Positions 1 to 12,811 of a stretch of DNA of 64,000 nucleotides are shown in pieces. The position numbers were made by a program, and so were the translations under genes. Origin of the DNA: Callorhinchus milii (taxonomy: Eukaryota); assembly GCF_018977255.1 (NCBI RefSeq), contig NW_024704742.1, positions 130,698,001 to 130,762,000 on the forward strand. Reading direction: 5' to 3'. Every line of letters starts with the position of its first letter. Within the stretch, counting starts at the first letter, position 1. Below the pieces are notes generated by a model, which saw nothing but the letters and a program-made list of their open reading frames with translations, was not told where the DNA came from and did not search any database.

Positions 1-1179
1 CGGTCTCTTACAGAAGTTCTTTATCCCTGAAGATACTTTAGCCTTTTGGGCTGCAGTCGGTGTTTTAGTAAGAAAATAACAAACTTCCTATTTTATAGCA
101 TGTGTCAAAGCCTTTAGAGTAATTACTATCATATGTAGTGACTGATTTTTGTTGGGAAAAGATAAGTTATTGTGATTCCAGAGCTACCTTTATTCACAGT
201 TTGGAGAATGGTAGTGATGCTCCAAGTGTCCTGCAGTTTGTATCTTACATTCTCTACAGAACTCCATGGAGCCCTTCCAACAGTGGCTCCATGGATACCA
301 GGAGCCGGTGATGCACAGGGGAAGTAAAGGGGTGTTTCCTTTACTTTCCTTTTTGATTGTGCTCTCCCCCTGGCTTGTTATCAGACTCTACCACTCTCAA
401 GCGCTCTGACACGCTACCCTGTGTGAAGGGCACTATATAAATGCAAGTTGTTGTTGCTCAGTCTCCCCCGAATACCGATCAATTGACTGTTCCATGAGGA
501 TGGATATCCTACTGAAAACCTACGGTATTGAGTCCATTAGGATATAAGAAATAGCCAACTCACTCCATGTGCGAGTGGAAAGTTCTACACAGATGCTCCC
601 TGGATCCCAAACACTCCTCACAGCTCCATTATTCAAACCTGTCAATCACTACCCTTTTCAAACAAAACTTTGCCCCTGGCCACAGCAGCATGGGACATTG
701 TCTTTTGTTTCTCTGTTTGGCTCTCCTATATGCACATATACTGTTCTCGCACTGATAACTTTTATTTTAACTAATTTTATTTGGTCAGGTAGGTATCTCA
801 CATATGTGGAAATACATCACCATCCACCCAGGTAAGTAATAACCATACAAAAGTCTTCCAGATATGTGTGACACCCATGTATGGAAATGTCCCTACCTCT
901 GAAATGGAAGTGCTTGCTCTATTGAGCAGAAGAACACATCCTGCTTACGTTAGTCTTGAAAATATAAGGCCCAAGCTGGAAATCCAAGTGGGTATTGGGG
1001 AATTGCTGGAAATTAACCAACTACAACCTTGCCACTACAAGCACAGTCTGGCAAACATTCTGCTGCTTTTTAAGCTAGGACCATCGTCTATGTTAGATTC
1101 TGGTAATTCTGAAAATTGAATGGAAAGAAACTCAAGTCCTGATGAGCTAAGTTGGCTGTTTGATCTGTAATATAATACA

Positions 1180-1445
1180 ATACAATATTACATTTGTATA
1201 CTGCCTTTCACATCAGGAGGACGTCCCAAAGCGCTGGACAGTCAGAAATTTGGACCCAAGCAGAGGGGTTGGGATCAGGGAGGGTAGGAATGTGGCTGAA
1301 GCCACGGTCGAATAGGAGCGTCTTGAGACCTTGAAGGAGGCAAGGGAGCAAGACGAAGGGAATGTGGTATGGAGTTCCAGAGAGTAGGAGCAGAGAGGTT
1401 GAAGGCCCAACTGCCGATGGTGGGTGGGGTGCAGCCTGTAATCAA
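1180..1445 (-). mobile_element. L2 3' fragment (subfamily A)
   Basis: SAPTLWNSIPHSLRLAP translation and gggacgtcctcctgatgtgaaaggc tail. Confidence 0.8.
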
Positions 1446-1587
1446 GGTGGCCTGGAGTACTATGGATCCACATGGCTCAGGAACCAAATTATCAAGCCCA
1501 TCACAGAGCGTTGGCTTGATTCTGAAATCCTGTTCCCAAGCATGTCACTTTGGAGCCAGCTCAGCCCCAGGAGACTCTCTCAATCTC

Positions 1588-3121
1588 TATTGACAGACTG
1601 GTAAAATGGGCAGATAGGTGGCAGATGAAGTTTAATGTGGAGAAATGCAAAGTAATGCATTTTGAGAGGTAGAATTGCGGAGAGGCCATATAAGCTGATG
1701 TACAATCTTAAAGGGGGTGAAGGAACAGAGTCTGGGGGTTCATATAAGTAAATCTTTGAAGGTGTCAGGACAGGTAGATAAAGCTGTTAAAAAAGCATAC
1801 GGGATACCAGGCTTTATAAATAGGGGCATAGAACACAAAAGTCAGGAAGTTATGATGAACCTTTATAAACCACTGGTTAGGCCTCAGCGAGAGACCGTGT
1901 TCAGTTCTGGGCACCACACTTTAGGAAGGATGTCAAGGCATTGGAGAGGATGCAAAGGAGATTTACCAGAATGGTACCAGGATGGTACCAGGAATGAGGG
2001 ACTTCAATTATCAGGCGAGGCTAGAGAAGCTAGGATTATTCTCCTTGGAGCAGAGAAGGATAAGAGGAGATTTAAGCCTGCTCCATGTTTCCTGCCCGAC
2101 CCGCCCTACCATTGGTGGCCAGGCTTTCAGCCTCTGCTCCCGCACTCTGGAACTCCATCCCACGGTCCTTTCGCCTCGCTTCCTCCCCTGCATTTCTTGA
2201 TTTCAAGATCCTCACCCTTGTATTCAAGTCCCTGCACTCCTATGCACCCCCCTACCTCTCTCCTCAAAACAGTGCCTGTTGCCTCCGTTCCTCCGGGTCT
2301 GGCCTTCTCCGAGTCCTCTGCTCCACCTTCGGCGGCCATGCCTTCAGCCACTGTACCCCGAGGCTCTGGAACTGCCTTCGTCACTCCCTTCGTCTCACTC
2401 CCTCCCTTCCCATTTTCAGGTCTCTGCTGAAGACCTTTTCGACCGTGCCTTTGGTCACCTTCCTCCCCCTCTCCCTGGCTCGGTCCCAGGATCTGTTACT
2501 GTAAAGCGATCTGAGACGCCGTCCGGCTTGGAGGGCACTATATAAATCCAAGTTGCTGTTACATCCTTCAAGGCCGGTCTCAAGAACCTTCTCTTCGACT
2601 ATGCCTTTGGTCTCCCTCCCACCTCTCTGCCTTCCCTCACTCCTACACCACCCCTCCCCCATGCTCGGGCCCCAACATCTGACTGTTCAGTGCTTTGGGA
2701 CGCCCTTCCGACGTGAAAGGCGCTCTATAAATGTAATTTTGTTGTTGTTAATAGAAGTTTTCAAAATTATGAGGGGATTCGATAGGGTGAACAAGGAGAA
2801 GCTATTTCCACTGGCGAGTGGCTCGGTAACCCGAGGACACCGATTTAAAACAGTTGTCAAAAGAAACGGGAGGTGAGGAGAAATTGTTTCACACAGCGAG
2901 TCGTTTGGATCTGGAATGTATTGCCTGAAAGGATGGTGGAAGCCGATTCGATCGAACAACTTCTAAGAGAGAAGTAGATAATTATTTGGGGAGGACAAGT
3001 TTGCAGGGCTATGGGGAGAGAGAGAGCGGGGGAGTGGGATTGAATTGGATAGCTCTTTTCAAAGAGCCGGCAGAGAAAACAATGGGCGAAATGGCCTCCT
3101 TATGTGCTGTATAATTCTATG
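1588..3121 (+). mobile_element. 5'-truncated CR1 LINE (ORF2 C-terminus + 3' end), interrupted at 2076-2747
   Basis: Translates IDRLVKWADRWQMKFNVEKCKVMHF, LEKLGLFSLEQRRIRGDL, then IEVFKIMRGFDRV…TRGH; ends aatggcctccttatgtgctgtataattctatg. Confidence 0.9.
2076..2747 (+). mobile_element. L2 3' fragment (subfamily A) containing a second L2 3' fragment (subfamily B, 2194-2561)
   Basis: GGRAFS/LWNSIP/FKILTLVFKSLH motifs; two separate stem-loop + (TTG)n tails at ~2500-2560 and ~2690-2747. Confidence 0.85.
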
Positions 3122-3842
3122 CATCTCAACGCAGCCATATGAGAAATTGAGGTCAAATCCATAACCTTAACAGAAAGGCAGGTCTCCACAAGAATCTAAA
3201 TAGCTGCATCCTAGAGCAATTGGGAACTCCCATTATTTCCATTCACCTTTTCACCCCACCCTAAAATCACTAAATGAGTAGGAACATGGGAAGTCCAGAA
3301 TGGGAGGAGGTGGTTTAACCTGTTCCACCAAATTTTTAGATCTCCACAGATTTTTTTAATCCCAATGCTTAACCCATTCTCCGTACGTTTTAATATCTCT
3401 ACAATACAAGTATCTGTCTATCTTTTTGAAACTTCCCCCACCCCCCTAGAAAAAGAGTCCCAACAGCTTTCTGTGGAGAGCATTCCACATTTTAAAACAC
3501 AGTCTTTGTGAAGAAATGCTTCATGACCTCAATTCTATCCTTATTTGTTTGAATTTTAAAGCTATGTCAGCTGGCAATGGTTCCGTCCACCATTTGAGTG
3601 TTTAACCTTAATTTTCCAAATTGCCACAACATCATTGTAAGAGGTTCAAGAACTTCTGTCCTAGCAGCAGCTTTGCATGAAACACTATTAACTACCTGGC
3701 TTGTGGTCATTTTGGCAGAACTTGACACACACCATGTGCATTTGTAGTTCTAGCAAGTATAATCACATTAAAAGTTTTACAAATCAAGATGAGATGCAAC
3801 TAACGTGTACTGCAAATGTATTGCATGTATTGCCATAGCTTC

Positions 3843-4440
3843 GGGATGTAGTGGCTGAAGGTACGGCTGCCGATGGTGGAGCGGAGGATTCAAGGGACAA
3901 GGAGGAGGCTGGAGCCAGAAGAGTGGAGGAAGTGGGTAGTGATGTGAGGAGAGAGGAGGTTGGAGAGAGGGGGTGCCAAGCCGTGGAGGGATTTAAACAC
4001 AAGAGTGAGGATCTTGAAGTTGATCTGTTCTATGACAGGGAGCCAATGGAGTTTGGCAAGGACTGGAGTAATCGGTGCGGAGGTTAGGGCGGGTGAGAAT
4101 GTGGGCGGCAGAGTTTTGGATGAGTTGAATTTTGTGAACAGCAGAAGAGGGGAGACCGGTGAGGAGGACATTTGAATAGTCCAGTCGAGAGATGACGAAG
4201 GCCTGGACAAGGGTTTCGGCAACTTGTGGAGTGAGGTATTATCGGAAAAGGACAATATAGCAGAGGTGGAGGAAAGTGGTCCTGTCAGGGACCTGATGTG
4301 GGGGCAGTCCAGTTACTGGGGATTGAATCTGACGCTAAGTTGCGCACAGGTTCAGAGAGTTTGTGCTCATCCAGGCCTTGATGTTTGTCAGACAAGCCGA
4401 CAAAATCAGAGGACTGGGGTTCGCAGCTGGAGGAGAAGTA
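3843..4440 (-). mobile_element. L2 ORF2 fragment
   Basis: ITPVLAKLHWLPVIEQINFKILTLVFKSLHGLAP in ORF 3890..4255. Confidence 0.85.
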
Positions 4441-4967
4441 GTAGAGTTGAACAAGCCATGAATTAGTGCTTTGAGACGTCTCAAAGACATTAGGGCACTA
4501 TATCAAATGTAAGGATTATTATTAACTAGTGTTAAACCCTTCTGAACTTTGTGGTTTCAATATGTTCACGTTTCTGGTTTGGGATCTTTACTTTACATTC
4601 CCTGTGTCTGTCACTTTACCCTGTGTCTGTTACTTTTTCTACTTTCATATTTGTTCAGCAGAGTCAGGCGAGGTGAGGAAATCATTACAGCATTTAACCT
4701 GCTGATGCTAGTCCCAATGCCGCTGGTTTCCCAAAGGGGAGGTGGCTTCGTGCTGAGGTGCTGCCTCAACTGATCCACCAAGAATTAGTGAAATGCGAAC
4801 AGCGTCCTCACTCGCTTTATGGTGCTGCCCACAGTGGTACTGATACAAAACCTATATCTGCTTTTGAGTTGCCTGATCTGTACCCAGACACTGCTGCTCA
4901 GGAGTGTGTATAGGTGCTTGTGCACAGAGAAGTATTGAAGTGAAAGGCCTCACCTGCCTGTAACCAT

Positions 4968-5125
4968 TGGAGCGTAGTGGTTAGAGCACTCGCTTCGCAA
5001 GAGAGAGGACCTGAGGTTCGATTCCCGGGTAGGACGAAACCTTAGGCAAGTTTCCTTACTCCACATGCCTCTGTTAACCTGGCAGTAAGTTGGAACCCAG
5101 TAGTAAGTCGATTGGCGGGGGTAAT
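4968..5125 (+). mobile_element. 5' half of long-subfamily tRNA-derived SINE
   Basis: gtggttagagcactcgcttcgcaag…gttcgattccc followed by SINE body ggcaagtttccttactcc. Confidence 0.8.
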
Positions 5126-5272
5126 TAATGATAATCCTTGCATTTGAAATAGCGCCTTACCTTTAATAATATTTTTTTTAATAAATCAAGGAAATAAAAC
5201 ATTAGCACTGAACAACATTTGTCAGATACAGTAATGACTGTTCAAGGATCGTTCCTGCAGTGTTTGATCATG

Positions 5273-5591
5273 TAATAATAATAATAATCCTTGCATTTGA
5301 TATAGCGCTTTTCACGTCGGGAGGACGTCCCAAAGCGCTTCACAGAACACACTGTAAAGTGAATTGACTGTATATTTGTGGGCGAACGCGGCAGCCAATT
5401 GCGCACAGCAATGTCCCACAAACAGTCGTAGATTGAAAATGACCAATTTATTATTGTTTTTGGTTTTGGAGGGATTATTATTAGGCGTGTGGAGTAAGGA
5501 AACTTGCCCAAGGTTTCGCCCTCTGCCTGGAATTGAACTCAGGTCTCTCGCTGGCAAAGCGAGTGCTCTAACCACTGAGCTACAGGACTCC
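5273..5591 (-). mobile_element. Young full-length tRNA(Ala)-headed SINE, short subfamily
   Basis: A box tagctcagtgg, B box gttcaattc, L2-type stem-loop gcgcttt-gggacgtcctcccgacgtg-aaaagcgc, (ATT)n tail. Confidence 0.92.
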
Positions 5592-6629
5592 AGTAGTGTG
5601 CATAAGCCTGAGGAATCATTGCCATATTTTGTCATGGTCTTGCTATGTCTTGCAACTCCACAAGTGCACTTTCTGGCATCTTTAGTCAAACATTAGTTAA
5701 AAGCTGCACTGAAATAAACTGATTTACTCTCCACATGTATTTGAAGAATGAGGAACATAGTTTGCTAGGATAGAGGAAAAGGGAGAATTGTGAACTACAT
5801 TGGTTGTCAAGTTCCTGTGGAACTCTGCGTTTGAATTTAAGATCCAGGAGTGGGTCAGCTGTCCTTCATCTCAAGTATGTTTGGTCAGCGAGATAGCTGA
5901 CACATGGGAAATCCATCACCAGGCCAAAGAGCAAACCAAACTGAGTTCCACATATGTATACCACCCAGGCACAGAAATGGGAGTTTTTCCCAGATAAGAT
6001 TGGTTATTTGTTTTCATGGCTGCGGGACATTGCTGTGTGCAATCGGACTTGATGCGTTCACCTACAAATTCACAGTAAATATTGTGATGCGATTTGGGAT
6101 ACTCTTCCCAACATGAAAGACTACAGAGAATAATACATATGCCGTGATTTGCAAGCAGCCACATCTAGCTCTGTCACCTACAGCAAATGTCTAGTTAGTC
6201 TTGAGAGTTGTTGATAGCATATTCAAAGACTTAAGTATCTAGAATTAGTTACCAAAAAAAATTCATACACAAAAGAACCTACCCCCCGAGATGGGAAACA
6301 AGAAACGACAAAGTATTTCAAAAGAGATTAAGGTGAGTTTAATCAGATATTAGAGATACATGGTGTAATTTTCCGGGAGATAAGAGTCAGATAGACCAAT
6401 GGTTTTGTGCCTGACATTATTTCAAGTTTTTTTGACATTGTGAGCTCCATCAAAGATGTACAGAGACACATAACCACAAGACTGTTTGGTTATAGCACTC
6501 CATCACCCTCCTCAATTTTCAAATATTGAAGCTGCTTTTGTTTAACAGGACTTGTGCTGTTTGTTGTGAAAGCCTCACCTTTGGTCTTGGCCGCTTGTGA
6601 AACAATCATTTCACAGATATGTGGTATTG

Positions 6630-7285
6630 GACTGTGAGCCTGGACATTACTGAGGCAATGCTGCATTGTCAGAGGTGCCATCCTCATGATGAGACGTTAA
6701 ACTGAAGTCCAGTCTGCCTGTTCAGGTGGATTGTTTGGATCCCATTGCAGTATTTTAAAAGAGGAGTTTCTCCTGGCGTCCTGGCAACAAGACCCAAGAT
6801 GTAAAATAATCAATCACTTCATGCCTTTGCAGGACATTGCTGTACACAAATTAGTCTCCATGTTTGTATAAAGGCACCATCTTTACACTTTACTGTAAAG
6901 ATCCTGCAGTGCGCTTTGAGATGTGTTGATAATAATAATAATAATAATAATCCTTGCATTTGATATAGCGCTTTTCACGTCGGGAGGACGTCCCAAAGCG
7001 CTTCACAGAACACACTGTAAAGTGAATTGACTGTATATTTGTGGGCGAACGCGGCAGCCAATTGCGCACAGCAATGTCCCACAAACAGTCGTAGATTGAA
7101 AATAACCAATTTAATTATTGTTTTTTTTTGGAGGGATTATTATTAGGTGTGTGGAGTAAGGAAACTTGCCCAAGGTTTCGCCCTCTGCCTGGGATTGAAC
7201 TCAGGTCTCTCACTTGCAAAGCGAGTGCTCTTACCACTGAGCTACAGGTGTTCATGAGGTGGTATATCAAATGTGAGGAGAATTA
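6630..7285 (+). mobile_element. Old Deu-domain-like SINE, interrupted by a young SINE at 6930-7248
   Basis: gtcagaggtgccatc…gagacgttaaactgaagtccagtctgcctgttcaggtgg…gatcccattgc resembles the recalled DeuSINE core; tail resumes at 7249 (gtgtt on both sides). Confidence 0.7.
6930..7248 (-). mobile_element. Young full-length SINE, short subfamily
   Basis: Near-identical to 5273-5591. Confidence 0.92.
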
Positions 7286-7749
7286 AATTACTAAATTGCA
7301 GAACTGCAATGTCTTATTTGGCCTCTGTGTGTCACTGATCTCCCTTATCAGGTGGCATTGCTTTATAGAAAGGCTTGTGAGAATGTGGAATACACTGCCC
7401 CTGTAGGCTGCAGATAAAGAAATGGATTGGGATGTTTGAAATATACCTTAGATGTTTGGAATTAAAAGCTTTGGAGAAAGGATGGGGAAATTGAATCTTT
7501 TATGTAATTTGCAGCTTTCCTTTCAGATTAGATTATTTTAAACCAACATGACCATCGGGCTCAGAAACGTAGCATGTGCCATCCATCGCTGGAGAAAACG
7601 AGCACATAGACCAAAAAACATACGGTCAGATACAATCACTTGGCTATGGGTTGAGTGGAGAAGTGGAGGGGAAGAGAGAAAGTCACATCTCATCCCCAAG
7701 CTTTGCCCGGCAAACACCCCTCTACCACATTGGACGCTACAGTCCTGCA

Positions 7750-8047
7750 GTCCTGTAGCTCAGTGGTTAGACTACTCGCCTCGCAAGCGAGAGACCTGGG
7801 TTCGATTCCCAGCTTGGGCAAGTTTCCTTATTCCACACGCCTGATAATAATCCTTCAAGAAAAAAAGAATCAATTGATCACTTCAATCCATGTTTGTTTG
7901 TGGGACACTGCTATGCATAATTAGCTGCCAAGTTTCACCCACAAAGGTATAGTCAATTCACTTTACAGTATATTCTGTGAAGCGCTTTGAGACGTCTAGA
8001 AGACGTGAAAAGCGTTGCATCAAATGCAAGGATTATTATTATTATTG
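7750..8047 (+). mobile_element. Full-length tRNA-headed SINE
   Basis: gtcctgtagctcagtgg…ctcgcctcgcaagcgag…gttcgattccc head, tail loop tagaa, (ATT)n. Confidence 0.9.
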
Positions 8048-8870
8048 TTAATTTAAGGGCTGAATGAGACCCTAAAGGCTGCTGGAAGGAATTGGAGAGT
8101 TGTGGGCCTTGTATCTGGATTTGGGTGACTCATGATCTATACTTATATGGTTACTTGTTCATGTGTCATTGTCAGCAGACTACATGACAGTAGAGAGCAT
8201 CGTAACCCAGCTTGATCTCTTCCCCAAAAACTGCCCCCTTACACACAACTAGTGGAGGGCGCTGAAGGGGGGGCCAGGACCACCTTAACCCTGGAAGGCC
8301 GGGGGGGGGGGGAAATTAAGCAGCAAGTTAAGTGCAAACCGAGATTCGAATCAGTTCCTGGTCTATAAGCTGCAGCTCTCGTCACTGCACAATTGAAACT
8401 GCCCTTTGTTGTATCTTCGCCCACAAATAAACAGTCAATCCATTTCACAATTAATTCTGCGAAACGCTTTGAGACTTCTCAGCGACATAATGAGGCTCTA
8501 TATCAAATGCAATTATTATTCATTCTTCCAGTGGATAACCAATTTCTTGAAAAGGTTATAATTGATTTGGCTTCAATCGCATCCTAATAAGGTTTTTGTG
8601 CAAAAATGATTTTCTGTAACCTTGCCCTTGATGCTTTTAAGAGTTTTTCTTAAGAGGGTTAGTAAAATCCATGTGTGTGTGTGTGCATACAAAGCATACA
8701 TGCAAAATCTGCATGAATAATTCAGCCATACTGTTCAGTTATCTACTCAGGTTTTTAGCAAACTCGACTATATGAATGAAAGCAACTGCTGAGCTAACAC
8801 CAGTCTGAAAGTCTGAATTAAACACTTTTGAAACTTCCTCACCTGCAGATGAAGTAGCAGGAACATTACA

Positions 8871-9184
8871 TGGTGTCCTGTAGCTCAGTGGTTAGAGCAC
8901 TCGCTTTGCCAGCGAGAGACCTGAGTTCAATTCCAGGCAGAGGGCGAACCCTTGGGCAAGTTTCCTTACTCCAAACAGAGCCTAATAATAATCCCTCCAA
9001 AACCAAAAACAATAATAAATTGGTCATTTTCAATCTACGACTGTTTGTGGGACATTGCTGTGCGCAATTGGCTGCCCACAAATATACAGTCAATTCACTT
9101 TTCAATGTGTTCTGTGAAGCGCTTTGGGACGTCCTCCCGACGTGAAAAGCGCTATATCAAATGCAAGGATTATTATTATTATTA
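8871..9184 (+). mobile_element. Young full-length SINE with attaca(tg) target-site duplication
   Basis: Same subfamily as 5273-5591; attacatg at 8865-8872 and 9181-9188. Confidence 0.92.
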
Positions 9185-9902
9185 CATGATCAAACACTGC
9201 AGGAACGATCCTTGAACAGTCATTACTGTATCTGACAAATGTTGTTCAGTGCTAACGTTTTATTTCCTTGATTTTTTAAATTTTTTTTATTAACATTGTA
9301 AAAAGGAACAATGCTTGGCCGAGTAGCAATTTTACAAAGCACTTCAATGACAAAAGTTAGAGGAATTTGAATGATTGAAATCTGACTGGAACAAAGAGAA
9401 TTCCATTGTAAATCTTCTGTCTCAACTCTCCATTAAAGTAAACCACCCTGTTCTACATTAATATCTACACTATCACAACCTGAGGATGCTCAGTTAGAAT
9501 TATGAACGGCCTCCAAATAATGAGCAGCAGGTGACTTTTATCCACTGGGGATGTAACCTCAAAATTAGGGCAAAACAGGTTTGGACAGACATGAAGAAAC
9601 ATTTCTTGCTGATGTACAACCAGTCATACTTGGTTTATAATAATCCTTGCATTTCATATAGCGCTTTATCATGGCGTTAAGACATCTCAAAGCGCTTCAC
9701 AGAATAGATTGTTAAATGGATTGACTGTGTATTTTGTGGGTGAAACGCAACAGCCAATTGCGCACAGCAGTGTCCCACAGACAGACGTGGATTACGAGAT
9801 CTGCCAATCGACTAACAACCGAGTTCCTACTTTACTGCGAGGTAAACAGAGGTGTGTGGAGTAAGGCTAAGTTTTTTTATAATAAATAAATAAGATAAAT
9901 GT

Positions 9903-10390
9903 TATTTGGGTCAGCCAGGTATCTGATACACATGGAAAACCATCATTAAGCTTCAGAGTATGCATAACAGACATGCATAACCTATCCATGGGAATTTCTA
10001 TGTGGTTGGAATGGAATGCATACTCTCCCTGAAGAGATGTACCTTCCTTGCCTAATTACAGAAAGTATTTGGTTACAAGTTGTCGAGAGCCAAGCCTTGC
10101 AGACCCCAGAGTGTGCATTGGGATACTGCTGGAGTCTAACCAGCTAAAAACCAAAAGCACTGCCTGGCAAACTTCCTGCTGTTCGTCCTGGTCGGACCAC
10201 CTTACCCGTTAGGGCTTTGGCTTGCTGAGTTAACAGAAGCTGAGTAGGAAGAGTTCCTGGCGCCAGAATGTCAGCTGTGCCTTGGAGGATCAGTCCAGCA
10301 ACCAGCCCACCAAGATCATCACGGGCTTGACTGAATGCCAACATTTTGTTGCCTAACATGTTGACAGCTCAGCTCCAAGGAGATCCTGGT
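9903..10390 (-). repeat. Unclassified A-tailed dispersed repeat, 3' portion
   Basis: Aligns by eye to 26186-26520, 29430-29858, 34400-35760, 50383-50790, 61608-61810. Confidence 0.75.
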
Positions 10391-10574
10391 CATTCTGCCC
10401 TAACCCCGCTCCCCACACACAAAAGGATCATCACCAGAGAGTAATAATGCACTGAGAAATCTGCTGTAGGATTTAGAGATGTTCTGGAATTTAAAACAAT
10501 GAAGGATATTTGAATGGCTCGTGTATAACAGACCTTTCTCGGTTATTTTGTTGCAAACTCACAAAAGCAGACCA

Positions 10575-10907
10575 GTTAATGCCCTCGCCTTGCAAGTGAG
10601 AAGACGAGTTCAATTCCCGGGCTGGGCAAAACCTTAGGCAAGTTTCCTTATTTCACACGCCTCTGTTTATCTAATAGTAAGTAGGAACCTGGTTGTTAGT
10701 TGATTGACAGATCCTTTTCCACCAGTAACAATCCCTCAAAAAAANTGTGTTCACGCAAACCACGGCTGCTTGTGGGACACTGCTGTGCATAATTGGCTGC
10801 CGCTTTTGACCCATAAAATACACGGTCACTCCACAGTACATTCTGTGAAGCGCTTTGAGACGTCTCGAGGAGGTGATAACGTGCTATATCGAACGCAAGG
10901 ATTATTA
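10575..10907 (+). mobile_element. Long-subfamily SINE (contains one N at 10745)
   Basis: Partial tRNA head, ctctgtttatctaatagtaagtaggaacc segment, L2-type tail. Confidence 0.85.
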
Positions 10908-12079
10908 CAAACCAAGTATGATTGGTTGTTCATCAGCGGCAAAACAACAATCAACTAATTAACAGGTGGAAGGAGTGGGATGGAGAGAGGGCCTTTTCCG
11001 TACAATCGAGCAATTACTTATCCGCGGTTGATGTTCTTCATTGCTATGGATTTTGTCTTCTTCCAATGATTGTGTCTATCCATTGGCCTCCCCAGAATTT
11101 TCAATCACTTTTGTGCTCGTTTCCCCACCCCCCACTCCCCTAAGCTTGGGCTCTCTGTGAAACATTTCCAGACACATGCTCCTAATGTAATAGGTGTTAC
11201 AATAAATATAAATATTGTATGTTGCTGCTTTTATAATAATAATCCTTGCATTTGATATGGAGCCTTATCACATCATTGAGATGTCTCGAAGCGCTTCACA
11301 AAATATTCTGCAAAGTGAATTGCCTGTATATTTTATGAGTATTGAACAGCAGCAATTTGTTCGTCAGATCTAATATACGATATGTAAGGACGGAGAGTTT
11401 TTGTCCACTATTGGTTGTTTCCGAGTCTCATATCATGATCCTGCCCACGAGTCAAGTCAATGAGTCGACTTACATCAGTCTATCTTCTTATTACTATCTT
11501 CTCTATACCCCTGAACAGCACAAAAAACAGATCACTTCATTTTTTTTCACTGGGAAAACAATTTCAGCTAAGGGTGTGTGTGTATCTCTCTCTCGTCCTC
11601 TTCCCTCCCCCGCAAGTTCAGTCTTGAGTATCTCTGCACATGTTCCGCTGTCAGTCTCTCTCTCGCCCCACAATATCTATTGTTAGACTCTCTCTAATTT
11701 CAGATGTGAGTTTCTTTCTACAGTTGTAACTGAATCTCTCTTCTTTCTGTTCCTCGCCTTCTTTCTCTCTCCCTTTCCATCTACATAACAGCAAATGATC
11801 TCTTATGCTATTGCTTTGTGAAGGTCAGCGTTGAATATCACACAATAAATGTAGCGTCACAAATGATCTATGTGAAGTACAACTAATGTCTTAAATTGCA
11901 GGATCGATCAGAACCCTCAAAGCACATCCCAGATAATTGATCAGCTTTAAAACTTCCAAATTTGAAAAAAACTTTTCAGTAATAATCGTATCAAAATGCC
12001 ATTTGGCTGCCAAAAAGTCACAACACTTTTCGATAGTGTCATCATTGTTTAAACATTCAGGACATTGGTATATATGGCT

Positions 12080-12422
12080 CAAACGCACTCCTCTCTGGTC
12101 TCCCCAGCTCCATTATTCAAAACATCCAGCTCATTCAGAACTCTGCTGCCCACATACTGACCCGGACCAAACTCCGTACCCACATCCCACCAGTTCTGGC
12201 CCAGGATCCACCTGCTCCCCATCACTGAATGGATCAACTTCAAGATCCTCACACTCGTGTTCAAAGCCCTTCAGTCCCTGGCACCTTCCTACTTCTCTGA
12301 TCTCCTCACTCCCCAATCCACCACCCAGCGCCTTTGCTCAACTGGCACCAGCCCTCTGCTCGTCCCTCACACCCTCCGCCCCATCATCGGAGGTCACACT
12401 TTCAGCCACCGTGCCCCAAACT
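12080..12422 (+). mobile_element. L2 ORF2 fragment
   Basis: IQLIQNSAAHILTRT…WINFKILTLVFKAL-type sequence, homologous to 20290-20620. Confidence 0.85.
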
Positions 12423-12811
12423 GATTTCAGTTGTGCACCAATAGTTTTCTTTCACGTGTGATGTTTGCAAATTTTCTTCCCTTTCTAATGCAAGGATTAG
12501 TATTCCTTACCAGAATATTTGTTTGATATAGTGTTTGGTTTCCACTGATGTATTTTCATGCACCGGTCAATAGTCTTCTTGTACTGCATCCAAACGGCCA
12601 TTTTGCATGTGGAGCCTTGACAGCGATTCTTGACTCACTCAACCCAGAGCCTCGGGGCAACTTGTAGCTCCTCTACTGACAGCCTGACCAAGATCCAGTC
12701 ACCCAACACAGATTGGGAATCTTTCTCCTACCAACTGGATCAGTTCGCTGTTCTGTAAGGCAATTTATGATCAACATTCTTCACTATCAAGGAACCCAAT
12801 TGAAATAAATA

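Noticed and set aside
775..840. Apparent + strand micro-exon (tggtcag|…ccag|gtaagt)
   Set aside because: Lies in the reversed 3' end of the A-tailed repeat family; no coding support
1717..2430. 237-aa ORF as a novel gene
   Set aside because: Chance read-through across a frameshifted CR1 and nested L2 fragments
7750..7820. tRNA-Ala(CGC)-like cloverleaf (also 8871, 25220, 39739, 55801 and others)
   Set aside because: Acceptor stem is incomplete and each runs straight into SINE body and tail; these are SINE heads, not tRNA genes
10745..10745. Ambiguous base N
   Set aside because: Assembly ambiguity after an A-run inside a SINE; the SINE continues collinearly
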